Assembly: GCA_951406725.2 (NCBI GenBank)
Contig: OX597817.1
Coordinates: forward strand, 29,264,001 to 29,328,000
DNA length: 64,000 nucleotides
DNA from: Octopus vulgaris
Lineage: Eukaryota
Direction of reading: 5' to 3'
Positions within the stretch are counted from its first letter, which is position 1. Each line of letters begins with the position of its first letter. Under the pieces are notes generated by a model that saw only the letters and a list, made by a program, of their open reading frames with translations, ran no database searches and had not been told where the DNA came from. The position numbers and the translations under genes were made by a program. Positions 27,301-41,050 of this stretch are shown here, one piece after another.

Positions 27301-28367
27301 TAAGCATCATATTTTTGTTTCAATTATTGAGATTTCTATTTTGTATATTTATTGCACAAAACATATGGACTATAACTAATGAAGCTGAGATATTTGGAAA
27401 TAAATATGGCAGAGGAGTAGTTAATCTGTCTTCTTTTACTTGCTTCAGTCATTGGACTGCAGTCATGAAGGGGCACCACTACGGAGGGTTTTAGTCAGAC
27501 AGAACACCCTCAGTGTTCATTTCCAAGTCTAGTTCTTATTCTGCTGGGTTTTTTTTTGCTGAGTTGCTAGCTTTCAGGAATGTAAACAAACCAGTACTGT
27601 TTGTCAAGTGGAGGTGACAGCAAGGTGACAAACACACACACACACACACACACACAACAAGATTATTTCAGTTTCTGTCTATCGAATCCACTCACAAAAC
27701 ATTGGTTGGCCCAGGGCACATTTGCTCAAAATGCTACACACTGAAACTGATCCTGAAGTAATGTGATTGCAAAAGGAGCATAACAATACAGCCATGCCAG
27801 CACCTGAAGGTGGCCAAGCAAAAATATAAACATAGTTAATGATATTTTGCTGTTATTAAGATACTGATATCAGATAGGTTCAAACTGACCCTGACTGAGT
27901 GAGTAATTCTATATGAATTTATATATCATCATCATTTAACGTCCGATTTCCATGCTAGCATGGGTTGGACGATTGACTGAGGACTGGCGAACCAGATGGC
28001 TGCACCAGGTCCCAATCTGATCTGGCAGAGTTTCTACAGCTGGATGCCTTTCCTAATGCCAACCACTCCGACAGTGTCATGGGTGCTTTTACGTGCTACC
28101 GGCACATAAAAGTTATGTACATGTGCTTCGAATTGATGTTGCCTTCAACAGGTACATGGTGTACAACAAGTCAAGTTGAAGTGATTGCAGAGCTATGTGA
28201 GAGGATGAAGTTTTGCTTAAGACCACAATACAAGGCCAAGTACAGGAATTAAAACCCTGGTCTCAAAATTGTGAACACAACACTAACCACTAGGCTATGC
28301 ACCCTAACCAATAAACATGTATATAAATACATATATATATATATATATACATATATAAAAACATATA

Positions 28368-28529
28368 GGCGCAGGAGTGGCTGTGTAGTAAGTAGCTTGC
28401 TTAACAACCATATGGCTCCGGGTTCGTCCCTACTACATGGCACCTTGGGTTAGTGTCTTCTACTGTAGCCTCAGGCCGAAAAAGCCTTGTGAGTGGATTT
28501 GGTAGACAAAAGTTGAAAGAAAACTGTCA

Positions 28530-28564
<35 letters not shown>

Positions 28565-28800
28565 ATATATATATGTATGTGTGTGTATATGTTTGTGTGT
28601 CTGTGTTTGTCCCCCCAACATCACTTCACAACCGATGGCGGTGTGTTTACGTCCCCATAACTTAGCGGTTCAGGAAAACAGTCCAATAAAATAAGTACAA
28701 GGCTTACAAAGAATAAGTTCTGGGGTCGATTTGCTCAACTAAAGGCAGTGCTCCAGCATGGCCACAATCAAATGACTGAAACAAGTAAAAGAATAAAGGA
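28368..28800 (+). mobile_element. SINE family 2, full length
   Basis: GGCGCAGGAGTGGCTGTGT head, internal TA/TG tract, ...ACAAGTAAAAGA tail. Confidence 0.85.
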
Positions 28801-29404
28801 GTATATTGCTGTATTGAAGCAGACTATCACATATTGTTATACACCACTCTTCACAATGCACTTCTCATATTGTTAGGTGAGGATATTTGCTTGCTCACTG
28901 GTTAGATGGGCCAACGACTATTCCCCATGAATGGAATGCTGGTCTGTTGCCGGGTTATATAATAGTGAATTAGACCAAAGTGAAATGGATTATTTTGCTC
29001 AAAAACACATGTCATTGGCCTGGAAATCAAAAGCACAATCTTACAACTGTGAGTGCAACACACTTACCTCTAGGCCACACATATATGTTTATTTGTGTGT
29101 GTGTGTTCTTGTAAGAATAAGCCCATAGGTTAAGAGTTGGATTATATAGATCGCATGGCACTTCAAAACTATCAAAGCTACCTTTTCTAGTAACTAGATT
29201 ATTTCCCTCAAGCTTTCTTTATTCAGGCAACTTATCTTTAAAGGGAACTTTAAAGCCATATTTAATGAAACACTTAAATACTTCATTGCATTGTTTTACT
29301 TTGTTTATATTGAAAGCAAAATTATTTGTTAGAAACCAAAGATATAATAGAAATCCATAATACTAAATAATCATTTAAAGTGATTATTTAAGTAAGAAAT
29401 GACA

Positions 29405-30031
29405 TCTTCACTGTGGAGGTGCACTTCACTATCGAGTGCAGCTCTGTGTGCCTTGGGTATGTGCTGTGATTTGCTGTGATGCTCTTATGGTTACTGTATT
29501 GAAAGTGTTTTGCGTAGGATGTGTGCAGTGCCCAGTAGTGCAATTTTCTGTATGTTATATATATTTTTAAGTCCTGGTGTTTTTGTTATGTATTTGTCTG
29601 AATATTTTTTTTTATCATGCCTAATGCACCTACTATTATAGGAATTGTTTCTGTTTTTAGATCCTAAATTCGAGTTATCTCTATTTTCAGTTCTTTGTAT
29701 TTTGAAAGTTTCTCCATTTCTTTTAGAGACATGTTGTCATCTGCTGGTATTGATACATCAATTAGAAAGTATTTTTTTCTTCCCTTCATGATCTCTGACA
29801 ACTATATCTGGCAGAACTGTAAGCACGCCGGGCGAAATGCGTAGCTGTATTTCGTCTGTCACTACGTTCTGAGTTCAAATTCTACCGAGGTCAACTTTGC
29901 CTTTCATCCTTTCAGGGTCGATAAATTAAGTACCAGTTACGCACAGGGGTCGATGTAATCGACTTAATTCGTTTGTTTGTCCCCTCTATGTTTAGCCCCT
30001 TGTGGGTAATAAAGAAACATATATCTGGCCT
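29405..30031 (-). mobile_element. R4/Dong-clade LINE 3' fragment (restriction-like endonuclease), interrupted by a family-1 SINE at 29808-30018
   Basis: PDIVVRD...LIDVSIP...EKLSKYKEL...PIIVGALG...LLGTAHILRK; abuts (TTA)n; TATATCTGGC duplicated around the SINE. Confidence 0.85.
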
Positions 30032-30042
30032 AATTATTATTA

Positions 30043-30079
<37 letters not shown>

Positions 30080-30384
30080 CATTATTATTATGATTACTAC
30101 TGTGAGGACACATGGCCTAGTGGTTAGGGTGTTGCACTCATAATCGAGAGATCATGGTTTCAAATCCTAGACCAGGTGGTGCATTGTGTTCTTGAGCAAA
30201 ACACTTCATCTCACATTGCTCTGCAATCGCTTTGCACCTGATCAGACAACATCGATTTGGTGGAGGGAGTGAGCTAATGCATTTGATCACTATAAACAGA
30301 TCATTTGTGCAGGTCGCTTGGCAAAATTTCAGGCCTTGTGTCTATAGTAGAAAGGTTTATCATTATTATTCATAGTAGTTTAGT

Positions 30385-30558
30385 AGTATTTTGTCTGTCC
30401 TAACATTCTGAGTTCAAATTCCACTGAGGTTGACTTTGCCTTTCATCCTTTTGGGGTCGATAAATTAAGTATGAGTTGCATACTGAGGTCAATCTAGTCG
30501 ACTGCCCCTCCACCCCCAATCCCCCAAACTTTTGGGCCTTATACCTAGAGTAGAAAAG
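30385..30558 (+). mobile_element. SINE family 1 (short-tail variant), 5'-truncated
   Basis: B box and core. Confidence 0.75.
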
Positions 30559-31178
30559 ATTATTCAGAGTAGCAGTAGAAGTTGGCGTCGTAGTAGAAGT
30601 TGTCGTCGTCATAGTAGTAGTAGTAGTAGTGATCTGAATTCTAACATTATTTGTGACTGGATTCTAACCGATAATCATTTTTACCGAATGTATAAATATA
30701 AGATATACTTCCACTAATACATGAATTGAAAGTGAATAATACGTTTCTAAGTTTATTGTTAACTTAAATCTGCAATGTTGTCACTAATAGACTATTTATC
30801 AATTAATGTCTCAATCTCCTAGAATCATTTATAAGCGTATCAATACAACTTCACAAACTTCTTAGCCTCCATGAAAGATAACCAAAGTACTAGAACAGTG
30901 GGAGTTACAGACTAATATGTACCGATAGTTTAAGATATATTTCACAGCAAAATTAATGCCAGTGGTGATATCACAAAGGATTTGGTAATATGGAACAAGG
31001 CTTAAAGCAATTACTTTTGTCTTTTGATAAAAATTCATCACGGATTGATTAATGATACCTTCCAAACTGCAGAAGTGAGTGATCCCTGATGTAATTTTAA
31101 TGGGACTCAAAACTAATCAGTTTGTGTCTTGCTGTATGCTATCAAAAGTTTTGTGGCTTAACCACAAGGCTTGGTAAC

Positions 31179-31591
31179 TCTTTTACTCTTTTACTTGTTT
31201 CAGTCATTTGACTGTGGCTATGCTGGAGCACCACCTGTAGTCGAGCACATTGACCCCACGACTTATTCTTTGTGAGCCTAGTACTTATTCTATCGGTATC
31301 TTTTGCTGAACCATTAAGTTATGGGGACGTAAACACACCAGCATCACTTGTCAAGTGATGTTGGGGGGGGGGGGGGTACAAACACAGACACACAAACATA
31401 TACACTCACATACATATATATATATATATACATACAATGGGCTTCTTTCAGTTTCTGTCTACCAAATCCACTCACAAGGCTTTGGTCAGTCTGAGGCCAT
31501 AGTAGAAGACACTTGACCAAGGTGCCACGCAGTGGGACTGAACCCAGAACCATGTGGTTCGTAAGCAAGCTACTTACCACACAGCCACTCC
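31179..31591 (-). mobile_element. SINE family 2, full length
   Basis: reverse complement of the copies at 28368 and 55688. Confidence 0.85.
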
Positions 31592-33127
31592 TATAACATA
31601 TTTGTTAAAACATATGGTGGGTTTGTTTATATCTACTTATCCATTGAATGATAACTAAGGTACAATGAATTAGAGACAGAGGCTAAGCTTAAACTTTTTG
31701 AAAATAAGTGATTATTGATGTAACTTTAATAAAAATTGTAACTCAGTTTGTTTCTTGTTCTCAGTTATCAAATGTTCTGTGGTTTATCAACAAGGCCCGA
31801 CAAATCTAAATACATACTTATTAAAACATAGGTTTGATTACTTATTATCATCATCATCATTTAATGTTCGCTTTCCATGCTAGCATGGGTTGGACGATTT
31901 GACTGAGGTCTGGCGAACCAGATGGCTGCACCAGACTCCAATCTAATCTGGCAGAGTTTCTACAGCTTGATGCCCTTCCTAATGCCAACCACTCCAAGAG
32001 TGTAGTGAGTGCTTTTATGTGCCACCGGCATGAGGGCCAGTCAGGCGGTACTGGCAATGGCCACACTCAAATGGTGCTTTTTATGTGCCACCTGCACAGG
32101 AGCCAGTCCAGTGGCACTGGCAACATCAAATGATAACTAAAGAATTTGAGAAAGTGCTTAGACTTTTGAAAATAACCTTGATGTATAGCATCTGAATATA
32201 TTTAAATCACATTCTTAAAAGACATGTTAGAATTACTTGTTCTTATTGCCTTTTGTCAACTCAATCATGTTGTGCATACTGCTTTGAATACTAGTGGCAG
32301 TAGTCTCTGTTTTGTTTATCGGTAAGAACACAAGACATTAGTCACCTGTGCTCTTCATCCTCTGTAATCACGGCCATAATTTTAGCCCCGAAATAAGAGA
32401 ACTTGTATACTACTGACATAAAGAATAAAACAGGAAATTACTGAAACCAACTGTGTATTCTGTAGAGAAAACAAGGATGCTTAGGATCCATACCCAGTCA
32501 CTTAACCTGAAAGAAATAGCAATCAAATCTCTCTTAAAAAAACACCTTATTATGAAAGAAAGAACGGCATGTTGGATAATATAGCTCTAAAAAGAAATGG
32601 AACTTTATATGAAACACTTTTGAACATAGTTCTGCTTGATTAGAGATGACACAAGGCTAATCTGTAATTTTTCAATTTAATCTTGGGATCATCATCATCA
32701 TCATCATTAAACATTCCGTTTTCCATGCTAGCATGGGCTGGACAGTTCGACTGGGGTTTGGGAAGCCAGGAGGCTGTGCCAGGCTCCAGTCTGATCTGGC
32801 AAATATTTTTTTTAATCATCATTGACATCATCATCATCATTATCATCCTCATCACAAATTTTCTATAGCTTATTAACCTTTCTGTTGTCAGTGGTATATA
32901 GATATATATTTATACATTTCCCAGTATTCTCTTTTCCTGATAATATCTATCTTGGAATATATTATCCAATGTCTCTGTTTTTAAGATAGTAGAACATGGT
33001 CTGAGAGAGAGAGATTTTGGGTGATATTTCTAGTAAGTAGAATCACCACATGGGTTTGTTGTTTTGAATTAATCCTTGCTGCCCCAACCAGCCCATGTCA
33101 GCGGAAAACTGTACATAGAATAAAAAC

Positions 33128-33243
33128 GATGATAGCGATGATGAGGGTGGTAGTGGTGACGGTGGTGGTGATGGTAGTGGTGATGGTGGTGGTGGTGGTG
33201 GTAATGTTGTTGTTGTTGTTGCTGATGGTAGCAGCGATGGCAG

Positions 33244-33302
<59 letters not shown>
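33128..33302. repeat. (GGT)/(GTT)/(GAT)n trinucleotide array
   Basis: directly visible. Confidence 0.9.
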
Positions 33303-34036
33303 TTTTCCTTTATGTAAAAGTCTACAGGATTCAAGAAGAAACAAAGGACATCAAAAGATAAAACATGTCTCTGATAATGAGGATGAAGAAAGCCTCACTA
33401 AGAACTACTGAATCTTTAATAAGGATTACGGAACGAAACAAACAAAGATTTGTAATATAAAAATGAAGTGGATGACTGGATACATATAAAAATTAAAACA
33501 TCGCTAACACAGAGATGACAAAATAATCAGAAAATATTTCATATGAAGATGGCTTGTTAGTTAATTGACTTGTTCCTTGAACACTCTATGGTTAATATAT
33601 GGTAGTTAATGATGGTATTTGTAAAATGAAGGTGTAGTCATACGTTTTTAACAATACTTGCCCAATCAGGGACCCAGCTGAAGGGATACAACTACAATAA
33701 ATTATTAGTTTACAAAGACAAATTGCAACTCTTGCTGTAGATGCATACATCAACAATACATAAACCATGAATCAGATATTCTAATCACATAGATATCAGA
33801 CCTCTGCCTTTGGTGCAAAGTCAGTTACACTGAAAGCCTGAGATTTAATAGGATTCTAGTTAATCATATACTCAGCAAGTCATGCTGTACATAAATATGT
33901 AGTATACAATATTTGGTGTAGCCTAAGTGATTGATGATTAGTTTATAGACAGGATGGAAGCACTTGAGAGAGTAGATAAAGCTGAATGCAATGTTACTAC
34001 AATGCATGAGGTATTGGGATAAAGAATGTGGAGATA

Positions 34037-34185
34037 GGCGCAGGAGTGGCTGTGTGGTAGGTAGCTTGTTTACCAACCACATGGTTCCAGGTTCAGTCCC
34101 ACTGCGTGGCACCTTGGGCTAATGTCTTCCACTATAGCCACGGGCCGACCAAAGCCTTGTGAGTAGATTTGGTAGATGGAAACTG
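34037..34185 (+). mobile_element. SINE family 2, 5' half
   Basis: head matches the family. Confidence 0.8.
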
Positions 34186-34624
34186 GTGGCATTTGAACTT
34201 GGAATGTAAATTCTTATGAAATGCCATTAAGCATTTTTTCTGGCATCGTAACAATTCTGCCAGCTGGCTGTCTACTGGAACTGTTACTAATATCAGCCCC
34301 GGTACTTGATTGCTACTTTATTGTGTCAACCCTAGAAAGATAAGCAAAATTGACTTTGGCAGAATGTGAACTCAGAATATAAAGAGACATGGTAAATATT
34401 GCAAGGTATTTTGTCAGCTGGTCTAGCAATTTTGCCAATCCATCACACTTCTTGGGCTAATAAATAATTTCTGACATAGGTAAAAATTCAGAAATTTGGA
34501 AGGGACAGTCAGTTATATCAACTTCAATATTCGATAGGCAATTTATCAACCCTGGAGGGTTGGAAAGCAAAATTTACCATACTACTGAGTCAGGCACAGC
34601 TGAAATTTTCAACAATTCCAAGGT

Positions 34625-34932
34625 TGTTGTTTGTTCCTTCTCAAGCCACACCTGGCTCATTAGGGCCAGTTTCCTGGTTTCCTTGGCATATAGGTTCCCC
34701 ACATGGAGGGGACGCTGGTCTGTTGCAGGTGAGCTGCAAGATGCAGGAGGGAAGGCTGAGAGAAAGTTATGGCGAAAGAGTCAGAAGAAGTTTGCCATTA
34801 CCTTCTGCCGGAGCTGCGTGGAGCTTAGGTGTTTCACTCATAAACACACACATTGTCCGGTCTGAGATTCGAACCCGCGATCCTTTGACTGCAAGTCCAC
34901 TGCACTAACCACTAGGTCTTGAGGCTCCACAT
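34625..34932 (-). mobile_element. tRNA-derived SINE (family-3-related) with 14-bp TSD
   Basis: B box GGGTTCGAATCT on - strand; AACAATTCCAAGGT on both sides; sister copy at 50020. Confidence 0.85.
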
Positions 34933-36533
34933 AACAATTCCAAGGTAGAAGGTAAAGTTACTTTTTCAAGTCATGCCCATTCATAAGGGCTGGCTTCCCA
35001 GTTTCCATGGCACAAAAATACCTCACCTGGACAGCACGCAGGTCCATTGCAGAGTTACTCATTTTTGCCAGCTGTGTGGACTGGAACATCAGTGGAATGA
35101 AGTATTTTGCTTAAAAACGCAACACATCACCTGATACAGGAATGGAAATTACAATCTTATGACCATGAGTCCAACACCCTAACCACTAAGCCATGCACTT
35201 CCACACAATTCTTAGGAGCTTTCCTTCCTCATCTGTTGGAAGGTTTGATTCAAAGTGAGAAACTTCCATAGAAAGCCCAAGCAATTACTTGCATCGTGAA
35301 TTCATTTCTAACTTCAAAATTATTAAAAGGCAGTAACTGAAAAGTATGCATAAATAAGGCAAATCCTTGTCGAAATATATTTGATACAATTATTTGGCCC
35401 CAATGGATGCTATCACTGCCTTTTAGTGTTGCCAAATAAAAGTGCTAAAGAATAGAAGTTGAAAAAGTGCTAAAAATGAAAAATCGAAGCTAATAAAAGA
35501 ACTATATATATGAACTATACTTTTATAAATCTATTTATAAATATGCTTTCATGTATAAATATATTTTTCAAATATGTTTGCATGTGGTTTAACATTGTAT
35601 TATTTTTTCATTGATTGTAAAATTACAACAGAATGAAACCGAATCTTGTTTACATTTTCTAGTTTTGCCATTTGTATTTTTCTTCAATGACTTATGTACA
35701 GTTTTGAATAAACAATATACATTATACAAAGCACATTTTAATCTTTATATGATATATAGAAATAGAGATTCTGGTAATTTTTAAATATTGGGAAGTCTTT
35801 CTTTTTGGAGTATGTAAAATGGCTGAGAAGAAAATCAAAGAACCCAGCTTATCCTCTCTTTCTACCCCTCCCCTGTACCTACACCAACCCCATACCATCT
35901 GCATCCAAGCTGCAATCCCACTTTGCAAGCAGTTACCCTTCACACCTTGAAGAAAATCTGACCTTTCTGCAAGGTATGTAACTCAAGATGAATTCCCCTC
36001 TTAACTGCTCCCATGGGTTTTTCATTACAGTTTTTCACAGCACATGCAAATGCATTTTCACATAAGTGTTTTCATATAATAGTTTTACCGAAAATATATC
36101 GGATGCATGTATTCACAAGTTTGACATACATATGCAAAAGGGAGAGAGATGGGGGGGAAAAGGATTACTTGTTACTTCAGGTTTTTTTGTTTAAAAAAAT
36201 TTGTAGGGTATAAATCTTTATGTGCATGTTGCAGCCAAAACAGACTTTGAACTAGAAGAAAAATCATATTTAGCAGATCAGGAAATGGTTTGTAGTGTTA
36301 TTCAGCTAATCAAAATTTTAGTTGATTCTTCCATGATATGTAAGGACCCCGTATCAATAAAATGACTAAATGGGCATGTTACTTATAATATTTCTGAAAC
36401 AGGGGATTTAAGTTTTTTATTTGTGTGCTTTTTTTTTTTTGTGTATGAACTTTTCATGAGGGTATATGTTGGTTAATATTTTCCGAAAATGATATTTACA
36501 TCAATAATAAATCTCTGAATGAGGTATAAATAC

Positions 36534-37139
36534 CTGGGTATTTACTGGGTATTTACTGGGTATTTACCCAACGATGGGTAAATACCCAGAAACCCGGGTC
36601 CATACGTACGTATCACGTCAGGTCGACAATGGGAAGGGTGGCTTCCCTTTGCAAATACTGATAGGGCACAGAAAGGGTGTCAGTAGCCAGCTGGAGAAGA
36701 TGTTCTCCTGGGACTACAAGCTACAGTAGCATCCACTCTGAGTGGTTAGCCACATTTAAGTGGCAAATATACTTCACATTGTCTTGCAGCTACTGTTTAT
36801 ACCTCGTTCAGAGATTTGTTATTGCTTGTTTACACTTTTTCGAGATCGGTGACTTTTCGTCACTGGAAAAAGGATATATGTATTTGCATTGGGACCCCTT
36901 CGCATCGAAGACCGGTGATTGTCGTGCACTAACGACGGATAAATACCCAGAAACCCGGGTCTATACGTATGTATCACGTCAGGTCGACGATGGGAAGGAT
37001 GGCTTCCCTTTGCAAATACTGATAGGGCACAGAAAGGGTGTCAGTAGCCAGCTGGAGAAGATGTTCTCCTGGGGCTACAAGCTACAGTAGCATCCACCCT
37101 TAGTGGTTAGCCACATTTAAGTGGCATATATACTTCACA
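36534..37139. repeat. unclassified structured 361-bp unit in 1.6 tandem copies with a snap-back left junction
   Basis: AATACCCAGAAACCCGGGTC at 36581 and 36942; the second copy ends at TACTTCACA 37139. Confidence 0.85.
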
Positions 37140-37481
37140 ATATTTCCATCTATATAGACTAAAGCTTTTTAAAAGAAGGAAGTATTTCTAAATAAAATAT
37201 TGGTAAACAAAGACAAAAGTAACAGATTTCTGTTTTTATAAGAGAATAATTTTCTGTTCCTGAAAATGTCTTCCAGACATTTTGTTTGTGAGGTTATTGT
37301 AACTGATATTTGTGTTGGTGTTGTTGTTCTTATTATTATCAGTCTAAATCCACTGTGATGATGATGATGTAGTAGACCTATCTTCAGCTTGTAATTTATT
37401 ACATGTGTGTTTGTGTGTGTATAAAACAAATAATATGGGTGGCTCATTAGTGATTTAACAACCTAAAAGCAAATTAATAGA

Positions 37482-37741
37482 GGTCACTAAAATGACAGAG
37501 GGTACTAATTAGTACCAGTATTGCTAGAAATAAGAGTCAAAACAACTCAAAAGCCACAAAGCACTATCTTAATGACTGACAAAGGAAGTTGAGTTTAACC
37601 CGAGGCAATTTGGCTATATCCACTAGATGCTTACCTCCCCTTGTCAGTCATTAAGCTAGTGCTTTGTGACTTTTGAGTTGCATTGACTCTTATTTCCAGC
37701 AATACTGGTACTAATTAGAACCCTCTATCACTTTAGTGCCC
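37482..37741. repeat. 260-bp fold-back (~108-bp imperfect arms), MITE-like
   Basis: 37482-37589 is approximately the reverse complement of 37633-37741. Confidence 0.85.
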
Positions 37742-38006
37742 ACTCTCTCTCTCTATATATATATACACATACATACACATAAATACATACATGTATATAC
37801 ATATATGTGTGTGTGTGTGAGTGTATATATATATATATATATATACATACATACACACACACACACATAAATATATATACATACACACACACACATAAAT
37901 ATATATACATACACACACACACACACACATAAATATATATACATACACACACACACACATAAATATATATACATACACACACACACACACACAAATATAT
38001 ATACAT

Positions 38007-38050
<44 letters not shown>
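37742..38050. repeat. (TA)/(CA) minisatellite-like tract
   Basis: AAATATATATACATACACACAC units ending in pure (TA)n. Confidence 0.9.
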
Positions 38051-38051
<1 letters not shown>

Positions 38052-38328
38052 CCGGAGTAAACACATAAATGTGAAACAAGGTGGAAAAAAGTACTCAAAT
38101 ACCAGTGGTAGAGTAATATGCTTTATTTAAAGCAGCAGAAAATTCAACAAAACCTGTTACTCTGAGTTTCCCGTTGCCGTTCGTCGGACAGTTTTTGCTA
38201 GAATGGAACCGATATGTGAATTCTATCCAGACTATTACAAACGCTACACTTTTAAAAAATGGATTTGTTTGATTGGTCCTTTAGAAATAACGGCCAATTT
38301 TCGAGCGATAAACATAGATGAGTTCAAA
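38051..38328 (-). mobile_element. PLE 3' terminus (probably the distal 3' UTR of element A)
   Basis: on - strand: hammerhead, then AATAAA (~38122-38127), then tail ending in (TA)n; bounded by (TA)n on both sides. Confidence 0.7.
38149..38195 (-). ncRNA. minimal type I hammerhead, U4C variant, quasi-palindromic stem III
   Basis: aaaacugu-CCGACGA-a-cg(gcaa)cg-g-GAA-Acuc(a)gagU-A-acagguuuu; GUA triplet. Confidence 0.7.
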
Positions 38329-38435
38329 TATATATATATATATATATATGTAGGTCCCGGGTTGATTCGGGGTTAACCACAGTAAGTAAGGTACTCAATA
38401 CATAGCAGAGTAAAATTAATTTATTATATAGAAGG

Positions 38436-38486
38436 AGCTTCTACAGGACTAGTACTGTTTCATTCAAGAGAAATCTTCAGGAAGCT
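38436..38486 (-). ncRNA. type I hammerhead ribozyme (left arm of element B)
   Basis: exact reverse complement of 44700-44750. Confidence 0.85.
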
Positions 38487-38901
38487 ATTTAACAAGAATT
38501 GTATTAGCATTTATACATTTAGGCAGGTTTAAAGGAGTGGTGGTGGGGGACTTTTTGGGGGTAGGCATAGCGCAAAATATCATACTTGGGGGAGTGGTCA
38601 AGGAGTCAGTGGTAAGTTAGATGAAAGAATAGATAAATAAAAAAATAAAAAAATAAAAAAATAAAAAATAAAAAAATAAAATAAAAAAATAAAAAAATAA
38701 AAAAATAAAAAATATAAAAAATATATATAAAAAATATATATATAAAAAAATATATATATAAAATATATATATAAAAAAATATATATATAAAAAAAAGGGG
38801 GGATAGAGTTATAGGTAAATAAGGAGATTCTCACTTATACCTATACACACATGTATACGTATCTACACACACATACATACATACACATATATATACACAC
38901 A

Positions 38902-38938
<37 letters not shown>

Positions 38939-39384
38939 ACCTACACACATACATACATACAAATATACATATACATATATATATATACAATCCAATACAG
39001 GCCCATTCCCTAATTTTAATTTTATTATCTTCATTTATTACTTTTGTTATCTTTGATCGCTAGGGCTAAGAATCCTGGCAATGGCTGCATGTCCATTTGT
39101 CTGTCTACTAGAAGGCAAGTACTCATTCCCGCACGCACACTCATTAGCACGTACATTCACCCATTCGTACACTCATACACATACACGTACGCACGCGTTA
39201 TATTCATACATACAAACATCTACATACGTTCACGTATATACACATACGTACTCGTACCTAAAGGTTCGTGTCTACACTTTAGGAGGCTAGTCTATACATA
39301 TACACCAATAAATATACATATATATATATATACACGCATATACATACACACACACACATATATACTCCTACATACAGATACATA

Positions 39385-39430
<46 letters not shown>

Positions 39431-39932
39431 TATATATATACACATGCATATACACACATACATATACACACACATACATACACATATATACATACACAAA
39501 CATATATACACACATATATATATACATACACATATACACACATACATACGTATACATACATACATACATCCATACATCCATACTTACATGCATTTATACG
39601 CATACACACACCCCCATCTATATATATGTATATATATATATATATATATACACACTCACACATACATATACAAATCTACGCACACACATACATACATACA
39701 CGTATACGCATACACGCACATACACATATACATGCGTACCCATACACGTGCACACACGCACGCGCATCCATATATATACACACACACACATATATATACA
39801 CGTGTGCAAGCATACATACATACTCATACGCAAACACATACTTACAAATACATATATGCACACACTTACACACATATATATACACATACACATATACATG
39901 CATACATACATATATGCATACATACACACACG

Positions 39933-39982
<50 letters not shown>

Positions 39983-40041
39983 TACATACATATATAGATA
40001 TATATACACATACATACACATACACATACATACACACATAT

Positions 40042-40084
<43 letters not shown>

Positions 40085-40287
40085 TACATATATACACATA
40101 TACATACATATACATACACACACACATACATATATACATATACACTGATACACATACCCATACATACACATGCATATACTTATATCACTACATACTCACA
40201 TATATAAACATATATACATATACACACATACATATATACATGTACATACACATACGTATGCATATATATATATACATATATATACAC

Positions 40288-40332
<45 letters not shown>

Positions 40333-40572
40333 TACATACATATACATGTATACATACGCAAAAATGATACACATATATACACATACACACACACAGACAG
40401 ATGCATATACATACATATATCTATATAAACTACATATCTATATAAATACATACATAATACACATATACACACACATATATATATATACATTCATGCATAT
40501 ACATATACAAGTATACATACACATACATACACACACACGCGCACACATACATATACACACACACATATACAA

Positions 40573-40639
<67 letters not shown>

Positions 40640-41005
40640 CATGTACACATATACATATGTATATATATATCAACAAGGGAGGGTAAAGTTAATTAGTTAT
40701 TAATCAATTTCATCAAGTGTTCAGTATGTAAAGGGACCATTATTATTTTGAGTAAACAATGTTAGAGGGAAAAAAAATTCTCTAAGTAGTGGAAGAGGCT
40801 AAAAAACTTTATTGGCTGCTATTTCTAGAAAGTTTAGTATGTGGCAAAGTAATTTATTTTATTTTCCTAAGCCCTAATTATATAATATTTTATACATACA
40901 TACACATACATAAGCACATACATTTACACATACATATGCATATACATATATACACATATACATACAAACACATATACACATATACACACACACACACATA
41001 CAAGC

Positions 41006-41050
<45 letters not shown>

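Noticed and set aside
35819-35978. Possible host exon ending in AAG|GTATGT
   Set aside because: No recognisable peptide, clear acceptor or partner exon
36700-36775. Twister-like (CTACAAGC) and pistol-like (GTGGTTAGCCAC) fragments
   Set aside because: Required pseudoknot partners and cleavage-site residues could not be placed
36782-36814. Hammerhead-like string on - strand (ucu-CUGAACGA-ggua-UAAA-cag uag cug-CA-aga)
   Set aside because: Three core deviations and no stem II; worth rechecking only against a family consensus
36677-37090. 137-aa ORF across the 361-nt repeat
   Set aside because: No recognisable motifs; the unit length is not a multiple of 3 and the same sequence is read in different frames
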